From Patescibacteria group bacterium (GTDB taxonomy: Bacteria > Patescibacteriota > Patescibacteriia > JAXHNJ01): a DNA stretch of 64,000 nucleotides. The stretch lies in NCBI GenBank assembly GCA_041649715.1, contig JBAZMP010000001.1, positions 515,153-579,152 of the forward strand. The letters are read 5' to 3'. The position numbers and the translations under genes were made by a program. Below are positions 27,545-38,122 of the stretch, piece by piece; positions within the stretch are counted from its first letter, which is position 1, and every line of letters starts with the position of its first letter. The notes beneath the pieces are model-generated. The model worked only from the letters and a program-made list of their open reading frames with translations. It was not told the origin of the DNA and did not search any database.

Positions 27545-28466
27545 GATAGTTTTTTTCGGTACGCCCCCTTTTGCCGGAAAAGTTTTACAGGCATTAATTG
27601 AGGAAAATTTCAATGTCGTCGCCTGTGTCACCAAGCCCGATTCAAAAGCGGGACGTAAACTTAAATTAAGCGTGTCCGCGGTCAAAAAAATCGCCACGGA
27701 AAATAACATCCCCGTCCTGCAGCCGGAGAAAATGAAAGACGAGGGATTTTCTCGTCAATTAGCCTCGCTTAAACCGGAAATCATTATCGTGGTGGCTTAC
27801 GGAAAAATATTGCCTGCCTCAATTCTAAACTTACCGCCCTTCGGTTCTCTTAATATCCATGCTTCGCTTTTGCCAAGGTACCGCGGAGCCTCCCCTATCC
27901 AGGCCGCTTTATTAAACGGTGATCAGGAAACCGGCGTCACGATAATGAAAATGGATGAACAGATGGATACCGGCCCGATTTTGGCACAGGAAAAAGTCGG
28001 CCTTTCACCAGGGACCGGTCTGGAAACTTTACATGACGCGCTGGCTTTCGTCGGGGCTAAATTATTGATAAAAACCCTGCCTCTTTATTTAGCCGGTAAA
28101 ATAATTCCCGAACCTCAAGATAACGACCGGGCAAGTTATGTCAAAATAATCAAAAAAGAAGACGGTCATCTTGATTTTAGCTTGCCGGCGGAAATCTTGG
28201 CAAGAAAAATACTCGCCCTAAATCCTTGGCCGGGCACCTATGTTATTTGGCGAGATAAAAGCCTAAAAATTTTAGAAGCGGAAATAAATGAAAAGAACAA
28301 CGGGCGCAAGCCAGGCCAGGTAACCGTCGATAAAGGAGGTCTATACGTGGCCGCCCAAGACCGGATTATGGCCATCAAAAAACTTCAGCTTTCCGGCCGG
28401 CAGCAAACCGGCGCCCGCGATTTTATCCTCGGCCATCCGGAGATTAAAGACGCGGTTTTTGCCTAA
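27528..28466 (+). CDS. fmt: Methionyl-tRNA formyltransferase
   Basis: N-terminal formyltransferase fold (IHASLLPRYRG), C-terminal domain. Confidence 0.9.
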   Translation: MKEKSRIVFFGTPPFAGKVLQALIEENFNVVACVTKPDSKAGRKLKLSVSAVKKIATENNIPVLQPEKMKDEGFSRQLASLKPEIIIVVAYGKILPASILNLPPFGSLNIHASLLPRYRGASPIQAALLNGDQETGVTIMKMDEQMDTGPILAQEKVGLSPGTGLETLHDALAFVGAKLLIKTLPLYLAGKIIPEPQDNDRASYVKIIKKEDGHLDFSLPAEILARKILALNPWPGTYVIWRDKSLKILEAEINEKNNGRKPGQVTVDKGGLYVAAQDRIMAIKKLQLSGRQQTGARDFILGHPEIKDAVFA

Positions 28467-29971
28467 GTTTTTCTTACCTTTTTTGTCGTCTGAAAACCGA
28501 GGTATTTGCCCAACATCAGCCTGGTTTGAGCGTCAATGGCAGGAAATGAACCAAAAACGATCATGCTGATCGGAAATAATATCCATTGCAGAGCCATCAA
28601 CGGATATTTTAAATATGTGTGTTTTTTCGGCCGCGGTGGCAGAATAATTAAGCTTAAGATGGCGGAAATAAATAAACCGATCATGGCCGCTCCCATCAGC
28701 CAGTTCAAAATATTGGGGGTATTGGAAACAACCGGATTGTAAATTTCCGGCCGCTCGAAATGTCTGATCACCCAGACCGGCAACCTGCCCAAGACAAAAA
28801 TAAGAATTGGGGCGGTCGCCCAAGAATATACCCCCTCCAGCTGATTCCAGATATAACGGAGTTTGGGCCAAACTCGAATTTTGCTATTGGGAAAAAAATT
28901 CCAAAACATGAAAGGGAAATTTTCCACGCCGTAGGCCCAGCGTCTCTGCTGTTTATAGAGATTCTTTAAACTTTCCCAATTATTTTTCCCCAATACCGTA
29001 TCCATGGAAATCGGAATATACATGGGCGTCACCTGATAATCACCGTCATACTGAATGAAACCCTGAATAAATATCCGCGAATCTTCGGTCACAATATCAG
29101 ACTGCCAAAAGTCAACGTCGATCAAGGCCTTGAAACTCATGGAATGCGAGGAAAAGGTGAAGAGACGGTCCGGGCGTAAAGTCTCGCTCATAAGCCAAAA
29201 AGTGGTGCTGTTAGAGGCCACCCGCATCAAGGCGGGCGAATCCCAGATATTGTTATTGAACAACGGAATAGGCTGAAAACTGGTATGCGTCGGGTTGGCC
29301 ACGGTCAGATATTTGTAGGTCAAGTAGGAAAAATACTCCGGGTGAACGCAGGAATCAACATCAAAGGACGAAACGGCGATATTTTCATAAGGAATCCTTG
29401 CGGCATCGATCCATTTTTTTATCTGCCTTCCGGCGTAAGCGATATTGGAACCCTTGCCCGCGACTTCGCCCGGCGTATCTTTTGGGTGAAGAGCCCAGAA
29501 GAATTTAAAGAACTTTCCCGAGAATTCGCCTTCAATTAACCGAGCCTTGGCCTGGGCTTCTGCGCCCTCTCTTTCTTCGAGCGCCAAAACGACAATCAAT
29601 TTATCCAAAGGATAGGAGATTTTTGTGAGGTATAAAAGAGAGGTGCGGATGATTTCAATCTCATCCTTGTAGGAAGCAATGACCACTAAATGGTATATCC
29701 CCGTCCACTTTGGTATTTTTTGGCAGGCCGCCAGCCAATTTACCCTGATGTCGCGACGGTAACGGACATAAGCGATTATTAAATATACGAATACGTAGAC
29801 GACCCTGATCAGCCAATAGAAATCAAAAACTATGATAAAATATATAACCCACAAAGGAACAACAAAAGAAAGGACCAGGGCTAAAAAAAAGGTCAGCCAA
29901 ATGGATAATCCGGGTATTATTTCCAAAATCCGGTATTTTGTGTGCGGGGATATATTAGACCAAATAATCAT
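28463..29971 (-). CDS. Membrane-bound family 2 glycosyltransferase (processive, cellulose/chitin-synthase-like)
   Basis: N-terminal and C-terminal TM segments; DxD-like FDVDS; QRRWAYG (QxxRW). Confidence 0.65.
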   Translation of the reverse strand: MIIWSNISPHTKYRILEIIPGLSIWLTFFLALVLSFVVPLWVIYFIIVFDFYWLIRVVYVFVYLIIAYVRYRRDIRVNWLAACQKIPKWTGIYHLVVIASYKDEIEIIRTSLLYLTKISYPLDKLIVVLALEEREGAEAQAKARLIEGEFSGKFFKFFWALHPKDTPGEVAGKGSNIAYAGRQIKKWIDAARIPYENIAVSSFDVDSCVHPEYFSYLTYKYLTVANPTHTSFQPIPLFNNNIWDSPALMRVASNSTTFWLMSETLRPDRLFTFSSHSMSFKALIDVDFWQSDIVTEDSRIFIQGFIQYDGDYQVTPMYIPISMDTVLGKNNWESLKNLYKQQRRWAYGVENFPFMFWNFFPNSKIRVWPKLRYIWNQLEGVYSWATAPILIFVLGRLPVWVIRHFERPEIYNPVVSNTPNILNWLMGAAMIGLFISAILSLIILPPRPKKHTYLKYPLMALQWILFPISMIVFGSFPAIDAQTRLMLGKYLGFQTTKKVRKT

Positions 29972-31470
29972 AACCGGCGGATTTTATAAATAATGACCTG
30001 ATTTAAGGCTTTTTTGGCCAATAAAATACGCTCCCGGTTACGGGCGAACAAGGTGATTAATTTTTCCCCTTTTTCAACGTCATCGCCGATTTTTTGATGC
30101 AGGCGCATGCCCGCTAACTTGTCATTGGGGGCCCCCAAACTACGAGTTACTTCATCGATAGCTCGATTATCGATATCAGTGATCCGCCCCTTGTTATTCG
30201 CGTAAATTCTTAATTTTTGGGCGCCTAGGGTTATGGATTCCGAATCTATTTTATTTTTACCGCCCTGTGCGACTATCATTTCATTCATTTTCTGCCAGGC
30301 TTTACCGGAACATAAAAGGCGCTGGGCCATGGCTTCCCCTTCTCCCGGGCGCGCCCGGCCGCAAAGCTCAAAAAGCTGGCCAGCCAGATATAAAGATTTG
30401 TTTTCCAGATCAAGGGGTCTTTTCTCTTTCTGCTGCAAGACCCGCAAAACATCTCTTGCTTCCAGGGCCGGCCCGATGCCGTTGCCAATCGGCTCTTTCG
30501 CTTCAAGAATGGTCACTTTTAGCTTGATGCCGAATTTATCGCACAGATACTGAAATTTGGCGGCTACCTGGTGAGCGGTGTCTTGATCCTGTATCTTGGC
30601 GGAGGGACCGACGGGAATGTCAATCAAGAGGTATTTGACGCCCATGGCCACCTTTTTGGCCATGATTGAAACGATCATTTTGGACAATGGCTCAAGAGAA
30701 ATATCTTTAGTCAAACGGATGATCATGTCGTCGGCCGGGGCGATATTTGTCGCTCCGCCCCAAACCAAGCAGCCGTTATGTTTAAGCACCAAACGTTCCA
30801 CTTCTTTTAATTTAAAGGTGACGGGAGCCAGAACCTCCATCGTATCAGCCGTGCCGGCCGGTGAGGTGACGGCTCTGGAGGAAGTCTTAGGGATGAAAAG
30901 GCCGGAAGAAGCGATAATCGGGACCACTACCATCGTCGTGCGGTTGCCGGCCAGTCCGCCGACGCAGTGCTTATCCACCACCGTTTTCCCCGTAAAATCT
31001 ATTCTTTCTCCGGTATCAACCATGGCTTTGGTCAAATAAAATAATTCTTCGTCGCTGAATTCATTGGTGAAACCGGAGGCAATAAAAAAGGCCAGCTCAC
31101 AATCACTGATCCGGCCGGCCAGCAGATCCCGAATAATCGTGTACATTTCGTGATAACTCAATGATTCGCCTTTCAGCTTCTTTTTAATCGCCTTGATTGA
31201 GGTCGGGCGGTCGAATAGTTCCAAATAAATGATTTCGTTGTTCCTTATTTTTGTTTTTAGGCTGGTTTCTTTAAACAAACCGATAAATCCCGGAACTATT
31301 TTAGTTTTTGTCGTTTCAATATTAACGACTGCTTCCTTCTTTTGCCAGTTAAGCTCGGTGCGATCGCCGGCCTGCAAACCAAAAATATCGGCGTCTTTTT
31401 CATTGATCATCACCGTCATGGCTTGACCGGATTTAAAATCCATTCTTTTTGCCCTAAGAAAAAACGACAT
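29968..31470 (-). CDS. AMP phosphorylase (thymidine phosphorylase family)
   Basis: Pyrimidine-nucleoside phosphorylase fold with N-terminal extension; sits next to RuBisCO and R15P isomerase. Confidence 0.75.
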   Translation of the reverse strand: MSFFLRAKRMDFKSGQAMTVMINEKDADIFGLQAGDRTELNWQKKEAVVNIETTKTKIVPGFIGLFKETSLKTKIRNNEIIYLELFDRPTSIKAIKKKLKGESLSYHEMYTIIRDLLAGRISDCELAFFIASGFTNEFSDEELFYLTKAMVDTGERIDFTGKTVVDKHCVGGLAGNRTTMVVVPIIASSGLFIPKTSSRAVTSPAGTADTMEVLAPVTFKLKEVERLVLKHNGCLVWGGATNIAPADDMIIRLTKDISLEPLSKMIVSIMAKKVAMGVKYLLIDIPVGPSAKIQDQDTAHQVAAKFQYLCDKFGIKLKVTILEAKEPIGNGIGPALEARDVLRVLQQKEKRPLDLENKSLYLAGQLFELCGRARPGEGEAMAQRLLCSGKAWQKMNEMIVAQGGKNKIDSESITLGAQKLRIYANNKGRITDIDNRAIDEVTRSLGAPNDKLAGMRLHQKIGDDVEKGEKLITLFARNRERILLAKKALNQVIIYKIRRL

Positions 31471-31473
31471 AAG

Positions 31474-32700
31474 TTAGAAATGTTTTAACGCCGTTTCTAA
31501 TTCTTGATGAGTAAGAGAATATTTTTTCAGACTGACATCTTTTTTCACGGCTTCCAAGGCTTGCCTGACCGCCAGCACCCCCGCTCTTGCTCCTTGCGGA
31601 TGGCCGTAAATTCCCCCGCCGAAATTCAAGACAACATCTTTGCCCAGTAAGGAAATAAGCCTGGGGATCAAAGCGGGATGCAGGCCACCGGAAGCAATGG
31701 GGAGGGTCTTTTTTAAGCCATGCCAATTTGAGGTTAAAAAATTATTTATATTTAAAACCTGTTCTCGGCCCCCTTCCATCTTTCCGACAATCGTCCCCGA
31801 ATGCAACTGGTCAACGCCGGCCAAGCGAGCCAGCTTACTTAAGACTAAAATAGATAAACCATGGTGAGACTCTCGCGTGAACGCCGAGTGCATCGCCCGA
31901 TGACCATGGATTATAAGCCCTAAATTTGCCCTTCTTAGGGCAAGAACGCCGGAGAAGCCACAAGTGACTATGTCAATCATCACACACCGTCCGCCGCAGG
32001 TTTTGACGAATCTCGCCCTTTTTATCATCTCGCCGGTCTCGGCCGTGACATTAAAAGCGACCAATTTTCGGGTAGGGCTTGTTTTTTCCACTTTTTTGAC
32101 CAGGGCGAGCGTTTTTACCACTCTTTCCTTGAAAGGGTTGAATTTTTGATCGGTCAAATTTTCGTCGTCTTTGACCAAATCCGCTCCTGCGGATAATACT
32201 TCATAAGCCAGCTGAGCATGCTGGGTGGCCGACAGACCTAATTTAGGCTTCATTATTGACCCGATTAACGGGCGACCTCTGATGCCGGTCAACTTTCTGA
32301 TTTCCTCTAAACCAAAAGCCGGACCAGCGAATGATCTGACGTATTTTCCGGGTAACTCAAAATCCAACAGCTTTAGATGTTTTATTTCCTTAAGACTGTA
32401 GATATTTCCGGCGATAGAAGAGAGCAGTTGGGGTATATTTCCCGGCTCAAACAAATCCAGAGGATAGGCGACTTTGAAGATATTTTTCTTAAAATCAATA
32501 TAATAAACCTTGGCGGCCAACTGGTCAAATTTCTTTTTATTCTGTGTTTTTACTTTTGTCCAAGTACCGATTGATGACTCGGTAGCGATCGCCGCCGCCG
32601 CCTCCCTGTCACCCAGAGAAGAATCAACAAAAAACGTCACAAAAATATTATTTTTGGGGTTGAATTTTTTCCCTAAGGCTAAATAATTCAAATCGTACAT
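31474..32700 (-). CDS. rbcL: RuBisCO large subunit, form II/III-like
   Basis: GADLVKDDE (carbamylated Lys), GGLHP, GGGIYGHPQG. Confidence 0.8.
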   Translation of the reverse strand: MYDLNYLALGKKFNPKNNIFVTFFVDSSLGDREAAAAIATESSIGTWTKVKTQNKKKFDQLAAKVYYIDFKKNIFKVAYPLDLFEPGNIPQLLSSIAGNIYSLKEIKHLKLLDFELPGKYVRSFAGPAFGLEEIRKLTGIRGRPLIGSIMKPKLGLSATQHAQLAYEVLSAGADLVKDDENLTDQKFNPFKERVVKTLALVKKVEKTSPTRKLVAFNVTAETGEMIKRARFVKTCGGRCVMIDIVTCGFSGVLALRRANLGLIIHGHRAMHSAFTRESHHGLSILVLSKLARLAGVDQLHSGTIVGKMEGGREQVLNINNFLTSNWHGLKKTLPIASGGLHPALIPRLISLLGKDVVLNFGGGIYGHPQGARAGVLAVRQALEAVKKDVSLKKYSLTHQELETALKHF

Positions 32701-32701
32701 A

Positions 32702-33619
32702 TTATTTTAGCAAATCCTGATAATGACTTTTAACCAAAAGTCTTATGCCACTTGGTTTTATTAAGCCAAATTCCGTGATAAAAGCGGTAATAAACTTGGC
32801 CGGAATATAATCAAAAGCATAGTTTTCCAGTTTTAGACCCCTTGGGGCTTCCGGCCAAATTTCCCGGCTGCTTCTTTTTTCCAAAGGAATACGAATATTA
32901 ACCCGGCTTTTAGGATCTATTTTTAACAGACTGGTCGCCACGTAAACCGGTATCCTTGATTCCCAGGCCGCGAGCGCCAAACCGAAACTGCCGATCTTAT
33001 TCACGGCCCAGCCGTTCAGACCCACCGCATCGGCTCCGATAATCAATTTATTGATCTTGATGTCATCGCCGGAATGATCGCTTATCAAAAAAGCAGCGGC
33101 GGAATCACATACCTGCGACACTTTTATATGATTTTTGATCAAATTTTTTGCGGTTATTCTACCTTGAAAAAGCGGCCGCGTCTCCGAATTATAAACGTGA
33201 AAATTTTTCCCGTCTTTTCTGGCTTTAACCAATATTTTTTCCACCAGCGAAGAATGGCAATGCGTGAAGATATTTTCCCGGCTTTTTATCAATAAAGACC
33301 CCCTTTTTACGATTTTGGCCTCAATTTCTTCATAAGCCTTTATTAGGCGTTCAACCTCGTTGGTTACACTTTTTCGGTCCAGTGATTTTTTTACCCCTAA
33401 CCTTTTTTCTATTATGCCAAACAGGTTAATGACCAGGGGTTCAGTCGGCCTTCGGCATAAAATGCCATTTTTAAAAAGTTTGATCGATTTGATCGTTTCC
33501 GCCGCCCGTTTTTTAAACGGCATTCCTTTTAATGTCAAAAGAGAGGTTAGAGCGATTTGGCTTGCCCCTTGGATTTTTATTTTTTTTAATTCCCTTAATG
33601 TTCTTTTCCACGTTACCAT
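32702..33619 (-). CDS. Ribose-1,5-bisphosphate isomerase (eIF-2B alpha/beta/delta family)
   Basis: e2b2-fold motifs; 1-nt gap to the RuBisCO gene. Confidence 0.7.
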   Translation of the reverse strand: MVTWKRTLRELKKIKIQGASQIALTSLLTLKGMPFKKRAAETIKSIKLFKNGILCRRPTEPLVINLFGIIEKRLGVKKSLDRKSVTNEVERLIKAYEEIEAKIVKRGSLLIKSRENIFTHCHSSLVEKILVKARKDGKNFHVYNSETRPLFQGRITAKNLIKNHIKVSQVCDSAAAFLISDHSGDDIKINKLIIGADAVGLNGWAVNKIGSFGLALAAWESRIPVYVATSLLKIDPKSRVNIRIPLEKRSSREIWPEAPRGLKLENYAFDYIPAKFITAFITEFGLIKPSGIRLLVKSHYQDLLK

Positions 33620-33655
33620 GGCTGTATTATATCATTTAAATATTCTTTTATAAAG

Positions 33656-34345
33656 CTATCGGCCTAATTCTCGGTATTTTTTAAACTTTGGTAAATACCT
33701 GAATAAAGCGTAAAGAAGACTGCTCGTGCCGGCGGCCATAAATATAAAAATCCAGGGACTTAAACTTTGGCCGGTCGCGCCAAAAATAACCGCAACTAAA
33801 ATATTTGGCGCGCGGCCCAAGATAGCCGCCAACACCCCCTGCCAGAGGGGTATATAAGTTAAACCCAGTATAAAACAAAGAACATCATCCGGTAAGCCAG
33901 GTATCAAAAAAAGCAGGACAAAAAACCAAAATGTTCGATGACCGATCTTCTTGTATATTCTATCCACTTTTTCCTGGCTTAATATTTTGAAGACTAGTGG
34001 CTGTCCGTATTTCCTGGCCAGTAAAATCGCAATAATTGAACCAATAGTAATACCTATAAATGAGTTAAATGATCCCCGTATTATCCCGAATATATAGCCG
34101 TTGGCCATATCGACGGCCTGACCAGGCAAAGGAGCCAAGACGACCTGAATAATTTCGTAAGTAATAATTACTAGAGAGGCCCAGGGTCCATAAGACAATA
34201 TCTTATCCCTTAAAAGTGTCTGAGAAAAAAGCAGCTGACGCCAGTAATTATCCGTAAAAACAATAATTAAAAAAACAAGACTACTAAAAATTATAGCCGT
34301 CACGACCCAAAACGCTCTCATTTTATAAACCTTGCTCTTTGCCAT
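33656..34345 (-). CDS. DedA/TVP38/TMEM64 family membrane protein
   Basis: VTT-domain-like hydrophobic profile; GLPDDV-like segment. Confidence 0.65.
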   Translation of the reverse strand: MAKSKVYKMRAFWVVTAIIFSSLVFLIIVFTDNYWRQLLFSQTLLRDKILSYGPWASLVIITYEIIQVVLAPLPGQAVDMANGYIFGIIRGSFNSFIGITIGSIIAILLARKYGQPLVFKILSQEKVDRIYKKIGHRTFWFFVLLFLIPGLPDDVLCFILGLTYIPLWQGVLAAILGRAPNILVAVIFGATGQSLSPWIFIFMAAGTSSLLYALFRYLPKFKKYRELGR

Positions 34346-34440
34346 AAAAAAAGTCAGCCGTACTATATCTGATTCAACTAAAAATCGTCTGGTATGGAAT
34401 ATATTTCGACGCTAATAAATTGTGATATTCTTCGGCAAAT

Positions 34441-34511
34441 CTGCGGGACCTGGAATCGAACCAGGATTGACGGCTCCAAAGGCCGCTGTCCTACCATTAG
34501 ACGACCCCGCA
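34441..34511 (-). tRNA. tRNA-Gln (anticodon UUG), no encoded CCA
   Basis: Cloverleaf; acceptor TGCGGGG/TCCCGCA; anticodon loop CTTTGGA; T-loop GGTTCGATTCC. Confidence 0.7.
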
Positions 34512-34622
34512 ACACTGAGGTAAATTTTTTATCTTTAATAATCCCGCAGATTTGCCGACAATAATTTGTAATATAATAGTGATCTAAGAAACCAAGTTTA
34601 AATCATAGGATACCACCTTTAA

Positions 34623-35546
34623 TTACACTCGTAAATAACGCCGGACGGCGATCAATGAGCTTAACACGCACATAATGATAGAAAGGACGACCAAGCTGGC
34701 AAAAATAAGGAGAAAATTTTGATTGAAGTAATCGACAATATTCAGTTCGTAACCGGCAAAGAATCGGTTAAGGAAAGGGGCAATCGTGTTGATCAGGGTG
34801 AAAATAAGGCCCAAACAGATCAAGCTGGCAATCAGCGCGTAAATAATGCTTTCAATGACAAAGGGCGCCCGGACAAAACCGTTTGAGGCTCCGACCAGCT
34901 TCATAATGCCGATTTCCTCGCGATAAGAATAAATATTGATCCTAATGGTGTTGAAAATCATAAGAATGGCAATCACGGCAAAAACAGCTGCCAGGACCAG
35001 ACCGAATTTATTTATATTATTGGTGATATTTGAAAGCTTATCGATAATACTCTGGTTATTCTCAAAATCCCTCGCTTTATCCTGGATGATGTTTTGGTAA
35101 ACCGGATCGTCTAAAACGTCGATGATTGCCGGATAATCAGAAAGCTCTTTTGATTTTATGACCAAAGCGGCGCCCAAGGGATTGGTATCCAGGGCTTCAA
35201 TCGCCTCTAAAACCACCGGATTATCCTTATTGTCCTCTTTAAATTTGGTCAAAGCCTCGTCAGGGGAAATATAAGTCACTTGAGTCACCTCCGGCATTTC
35301 CTCAAGCCTTGCCTGAAGCTCGGTCACCACGGTTTTGTCGGCCGTCGAGGAAAAATATACGCTCATATCGACTTTATCCTTGACGGAATCAAGGGTCTTA
35401 TCCGCGACCACCTTAACGGTCACGATCAATGAGATAAGAAATAAGGTCAGGATCAAAATTAAAACCGTCACTAATGACAGCCAGCGGTTCCGCCAAAAAT
35501 TCTGCCACCCTAGTTTTAAGGCCCGGTAAGAAGAAGTAAAAATCAT
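34623..35546 (-). CDS. ftsX: Cell division ABC transporter permease FtsX
   Basis: 1 TM plus large extracytoplasmic loop plus 3 C-terminal TM; follows ftsE with a 4-nt overlap. Confidence 0.8.
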   Translation of the reverse strand: MIFTSSYRALKLGWQNFWRNRWLSLVTVLILILTLFLISLIVTVKVVADKTLDSVKDKVDMSVYFSSTADKTVVTELQARLEEMPEVTQVTYISPDEALTKFKEDNKDNPVVLEAIEALDTNPLGAALVIKSKELSDYPAIIDVLDDPVYQNIIQDKARDFENNQSIIDKLSNITNNINKFGLVLAAVFAVIAILMIFNTIRINIYSYREEIGIMKLVGASNGFVRAPFVIESIIYALIASLICLGLIFTLINTIAPFLNRFFAGYELNIVDYFNQNFLLIFASLVVLSIIMCVLSSLIAVRRYLRV

Positions 35547-36226
35547 AAGATGTATTTGCCTCCTTCCTGATCGGAAATAATCACGCCCTGATCAATGGTG
35601 ATCACCCGCTTTTTTAAATAGTTGACAATCTCACGGTTATGCGTCACTAAGACCACGGTCGTGCCGAATTCGTTGATCTTCTCCAGCAGCATGATAATTT
35701 CGTGGGCGTTAATTGAATCAAGATTGCCGGTCGGCTCATCGGCCAGAAGTATTTTGGGGCGATGGACAAGCGCCCTGGCAATGGCCACCCTCTGCTGCTC
35801 GCCGCCCGAGATCTCCGTCGGAAAACGGTTTTTCTTGCCTTCAAGGCCAACGATCTTCAAAACCTGCGGCACCATTTCTTCTATCTTCTTGCTTTCTTCG
35901 CCGCAGACCTCCAGGGCGAAAGCAACATTTTCAAAAACGGTTTTTTTGTTTAAAAGCTTAAAATCCTGGAAAACCATGCCGATCTGTCTTCTTAAAATCG
36001 GAACTTCGCTTTCACTGATATCAGTGATGTCCCAATCCCCGATTATCACCTTCCCCTTGGTTGGCCTTACTTCGGCGATAATAAGCTTGATCATCGTGCT
36101 TTTTCCCGTTCCTGATTGGCCGACGATGGAAACAAATTCACCCGGATACACCTGGAAATTGATGTTCTTTACCCCCACTGCCCTATCCGGCTGATAAATT
36201 TTCGTGACATTAACAAATTTGATCAT
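35543..36226 (-). CDS. ftsE: Cell division ATP-binding protein FtsE
   Basis: Walker [30 protein letters not shown]. Confidence 0.85.
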   Translation of the reverse strand: MIKFVNVTKIYQPDRAVGVKNINFQVYPGEFVSIVGQSGTGKSTMIKLIIAEVRPTKGKVIIGDWDITDISESEVPILRRQIGMVFQDFKLLNKKTVFENVAFALEVCGEESKKIEEMVPQVLKIVGLEGKKNRFPTEISGGEQQRVAIARALVHRPKILLADEPTGNLDSINAHEIIMLLEKINEFGTTVVLVTHNREIVNYLKKRVITIDQGVIISDQEGGKYIL

Positions 36227-36234
36227 AAAAATTC

Positions 36235-37458
36235 CTATTCGTAACGCAGGGCGTCTATCGGTTTTAACCGGCTGGCCCGGATGGCGGGCGCGACGCCAAA
36301 AATAATGCCGATCACTAAGGAAAAGCCGATCGCCACCCCGACCGAGTAAAAATTAATTATGGGCTCAAAATTGAATTTATATTTAACGATTAAACTGCCG
36401 ACTTTGGCCAGGCCGACTCCGATTACGCCGCCAAAAAGCCCCAAAATAACGGCTTCAGTCAAAAATTGGATTAAGATGGAACTATTGGAAGCACCGACCG
36501 CTTTCCGCAAACCGATCTCCTTAGTCCTCTCCGTCACGGAAACAAGCATGATATTCATGATACCGATACCGCCGACAATCAGTGATATAATGGCAAGAGT
36601 TAAAAGCATGTTCGTCATAAGGCTTAAAATCTGGTCGAACATGCTTAAGATTTCTTCTTGCGTAAAAATGGTAAATTCCTCTATTCCGTCATGGGCCGCC
36701 AGTAATTCCGTTTTTATTTTCTCCTGCACATCCTTAACTTGTTCCGCCTCGGCGACCTTTATGGCAATGCGGTGGACTTTATTAGAATTGTTAATGCTTT
36801 CCGCGACCGTATACGGAATAAGCACCATATTATCAAATTCACTTTCCTGACCAAAAGTCACGGACGCCTCGGTTTCTTTATAGGCCACTATTTCGAATTC
36901 TTCTTTGTTCAAAAGAATTTTTTTTCCGATTGGATCCTCGTTGGGAAAAAACTGGTTTTTTAAACCCGTAAATATTACGGCTTTTTTCGCTTTATTTACT
37001 ACGTCCTCGTCGGCAAACATCTGCCCGTGTGTTTGGCCAGAAGTAGATTCCCCCTGGACAGTATACTGTATCGCCGGATTAGTCCCCAAGGGTATGGCGC
37101 CCCTGGCTATTTGACCCTGGTAAGACACCTGGGCGCTGGCAAACATTAGGGGTGAAACAAACTGGACCCCGGCCGTATTTTTAATGATATCCACATCTTT
37201 GATTGTCAACGTACTTTCGCCGACCAATCCTGTCGGTACGCTCCCCTTTTCCATCTTACCAGGCAAGACAACTAAAAGATTTGAACCCAATCCCTCTACT
37301 TGCTTTGAAACCTCTTTTTTAATCGACTGGCCGACGCCGATAAGTATGATTATGACAAAGACACCGATGATGATACCCAGCATCGTCAAAAAGGCCCGGC
37401 CCTTGTTCGTCCTGATGGCCATCAGGGCTAATTTAATATTTTCCCAAAATTTTGTCAT
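36235..37458 (-). CDS. ABC transporter permease, MacB/FtsX family
   Basis: N-terminal TM, periplasmic domain, C-terminal 3 TM. Confidence 0.8.
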   Translation of the reverse strand: MTKFWENIKLALMAIRTNKGRAFLTMLGIIIGVFVIIILIGVGQSIKKEVSKQVEGLGSNLLVVLPGKMEKGSVPTGLVGESTLTIKDVDIIKNTAGVQFVSPLMFASAQVSYQGQIARGAIPLGTNPAIQYTVQGESTSGQTHGQMFADEDVVNKAKKAVIFTGLKNQFFPNEDPIGKKILLNKEEFEIVAYKETEASVTFGQESEFDNMVLIPYTVAESINNSNKVHRIAIKVAEAEQVKDVQEKIKTELLAAHDGIEEFTIFTQEEILSMFDQILSLMTNMLLTLAIISLIVGGIGIMNIMLVSVTERTKEIGLRKAVGASNSSILIQFLTEAVILGLFGGVIGVGLAKVGSLIVKYKFNFEPIINFYSVGVAIGFSLVIGIIFGVAPAIRASRLKPIDALRYE

Positions 37459-38120
37459 AGGATCTGCCCGTCTAGAATATTAATTATTTTTTGGGCATAA
37501 CCGGCGATTTTAGCGTCATGCGTTACCATCACGATCGTAACCCCTTGTTTATTTAAATAACCGAGCAACTTCAAAATTTCTTCGCCGTTTTTTGAATCAA
37601 GATTGCCGGTCGGCTCATCGGCTAAAACCACCTTGGGTTCCGTGACTAAAGCCCGGGCAATCGCCACCCGCTGGGTTTCCCCGCCGGACAATTCGTTCGA
37701 TTTATGATTCAAGCGGCTTTCCAGACCGACTTTTTTTAGGGCGGTAAGAACTTTTTCCTGTCTTTGTTTGCCGTTAAGACCAAGATAAATTAAGGGCAGC
37801 TCGACGTTTTTCGCCACCGTTGTCCTGGGCAATAAATTAAAGGTCTGAAAGACAAAGCCGATCTCGCGGCCCCGAATCTTGGCCAGCTGGCTTTGCGATT
37901 TCTTGGAAATATCCTGGTTGTCTAAAAAGTACTGGCCGGAGGTAGGCACGTCCAGACAGCCTATTATGTTCATTAAAGTGGATTTTCCCGAGCCGGAAGG
38001 GCCCATCAGGGCGATAAAATCACCCTTATTTACTTCCAGATTTATCCCCCGCAAAGCGGAAAAAATAATTTTTCCCAAGCGGTAGTTTTTACAGACTTTT
38101 TTTAAACTGATTAAACTCAT
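37455..38120 (-). CDS. ABC transporter ATP-binding protein (MacB/LolD type)
   Basis: [28 protein letters not shown]. Confidence 0.85.
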   Translation of the reverse strand: MSLISLKKVCKNYRLGKIIFSALRGINLEVNKGDFIALMGPSGSGKSTLMNIIGCLDVPTSGQYFLDNQDISKKSQSQLAKIRGREIGFVFQTFNLLPRTTVAKNVELPLIYLGLNGKQRQEKVLTALKKVGLESRLNHKSNELSGGETQRVAIARALVTEPKVVLADEPTGNLDSKNGEEILKLLGYLNKQGVTIVMVTHDAKIAGYAQKIINILDGQIL

Positions 38121-38122
38121 GT

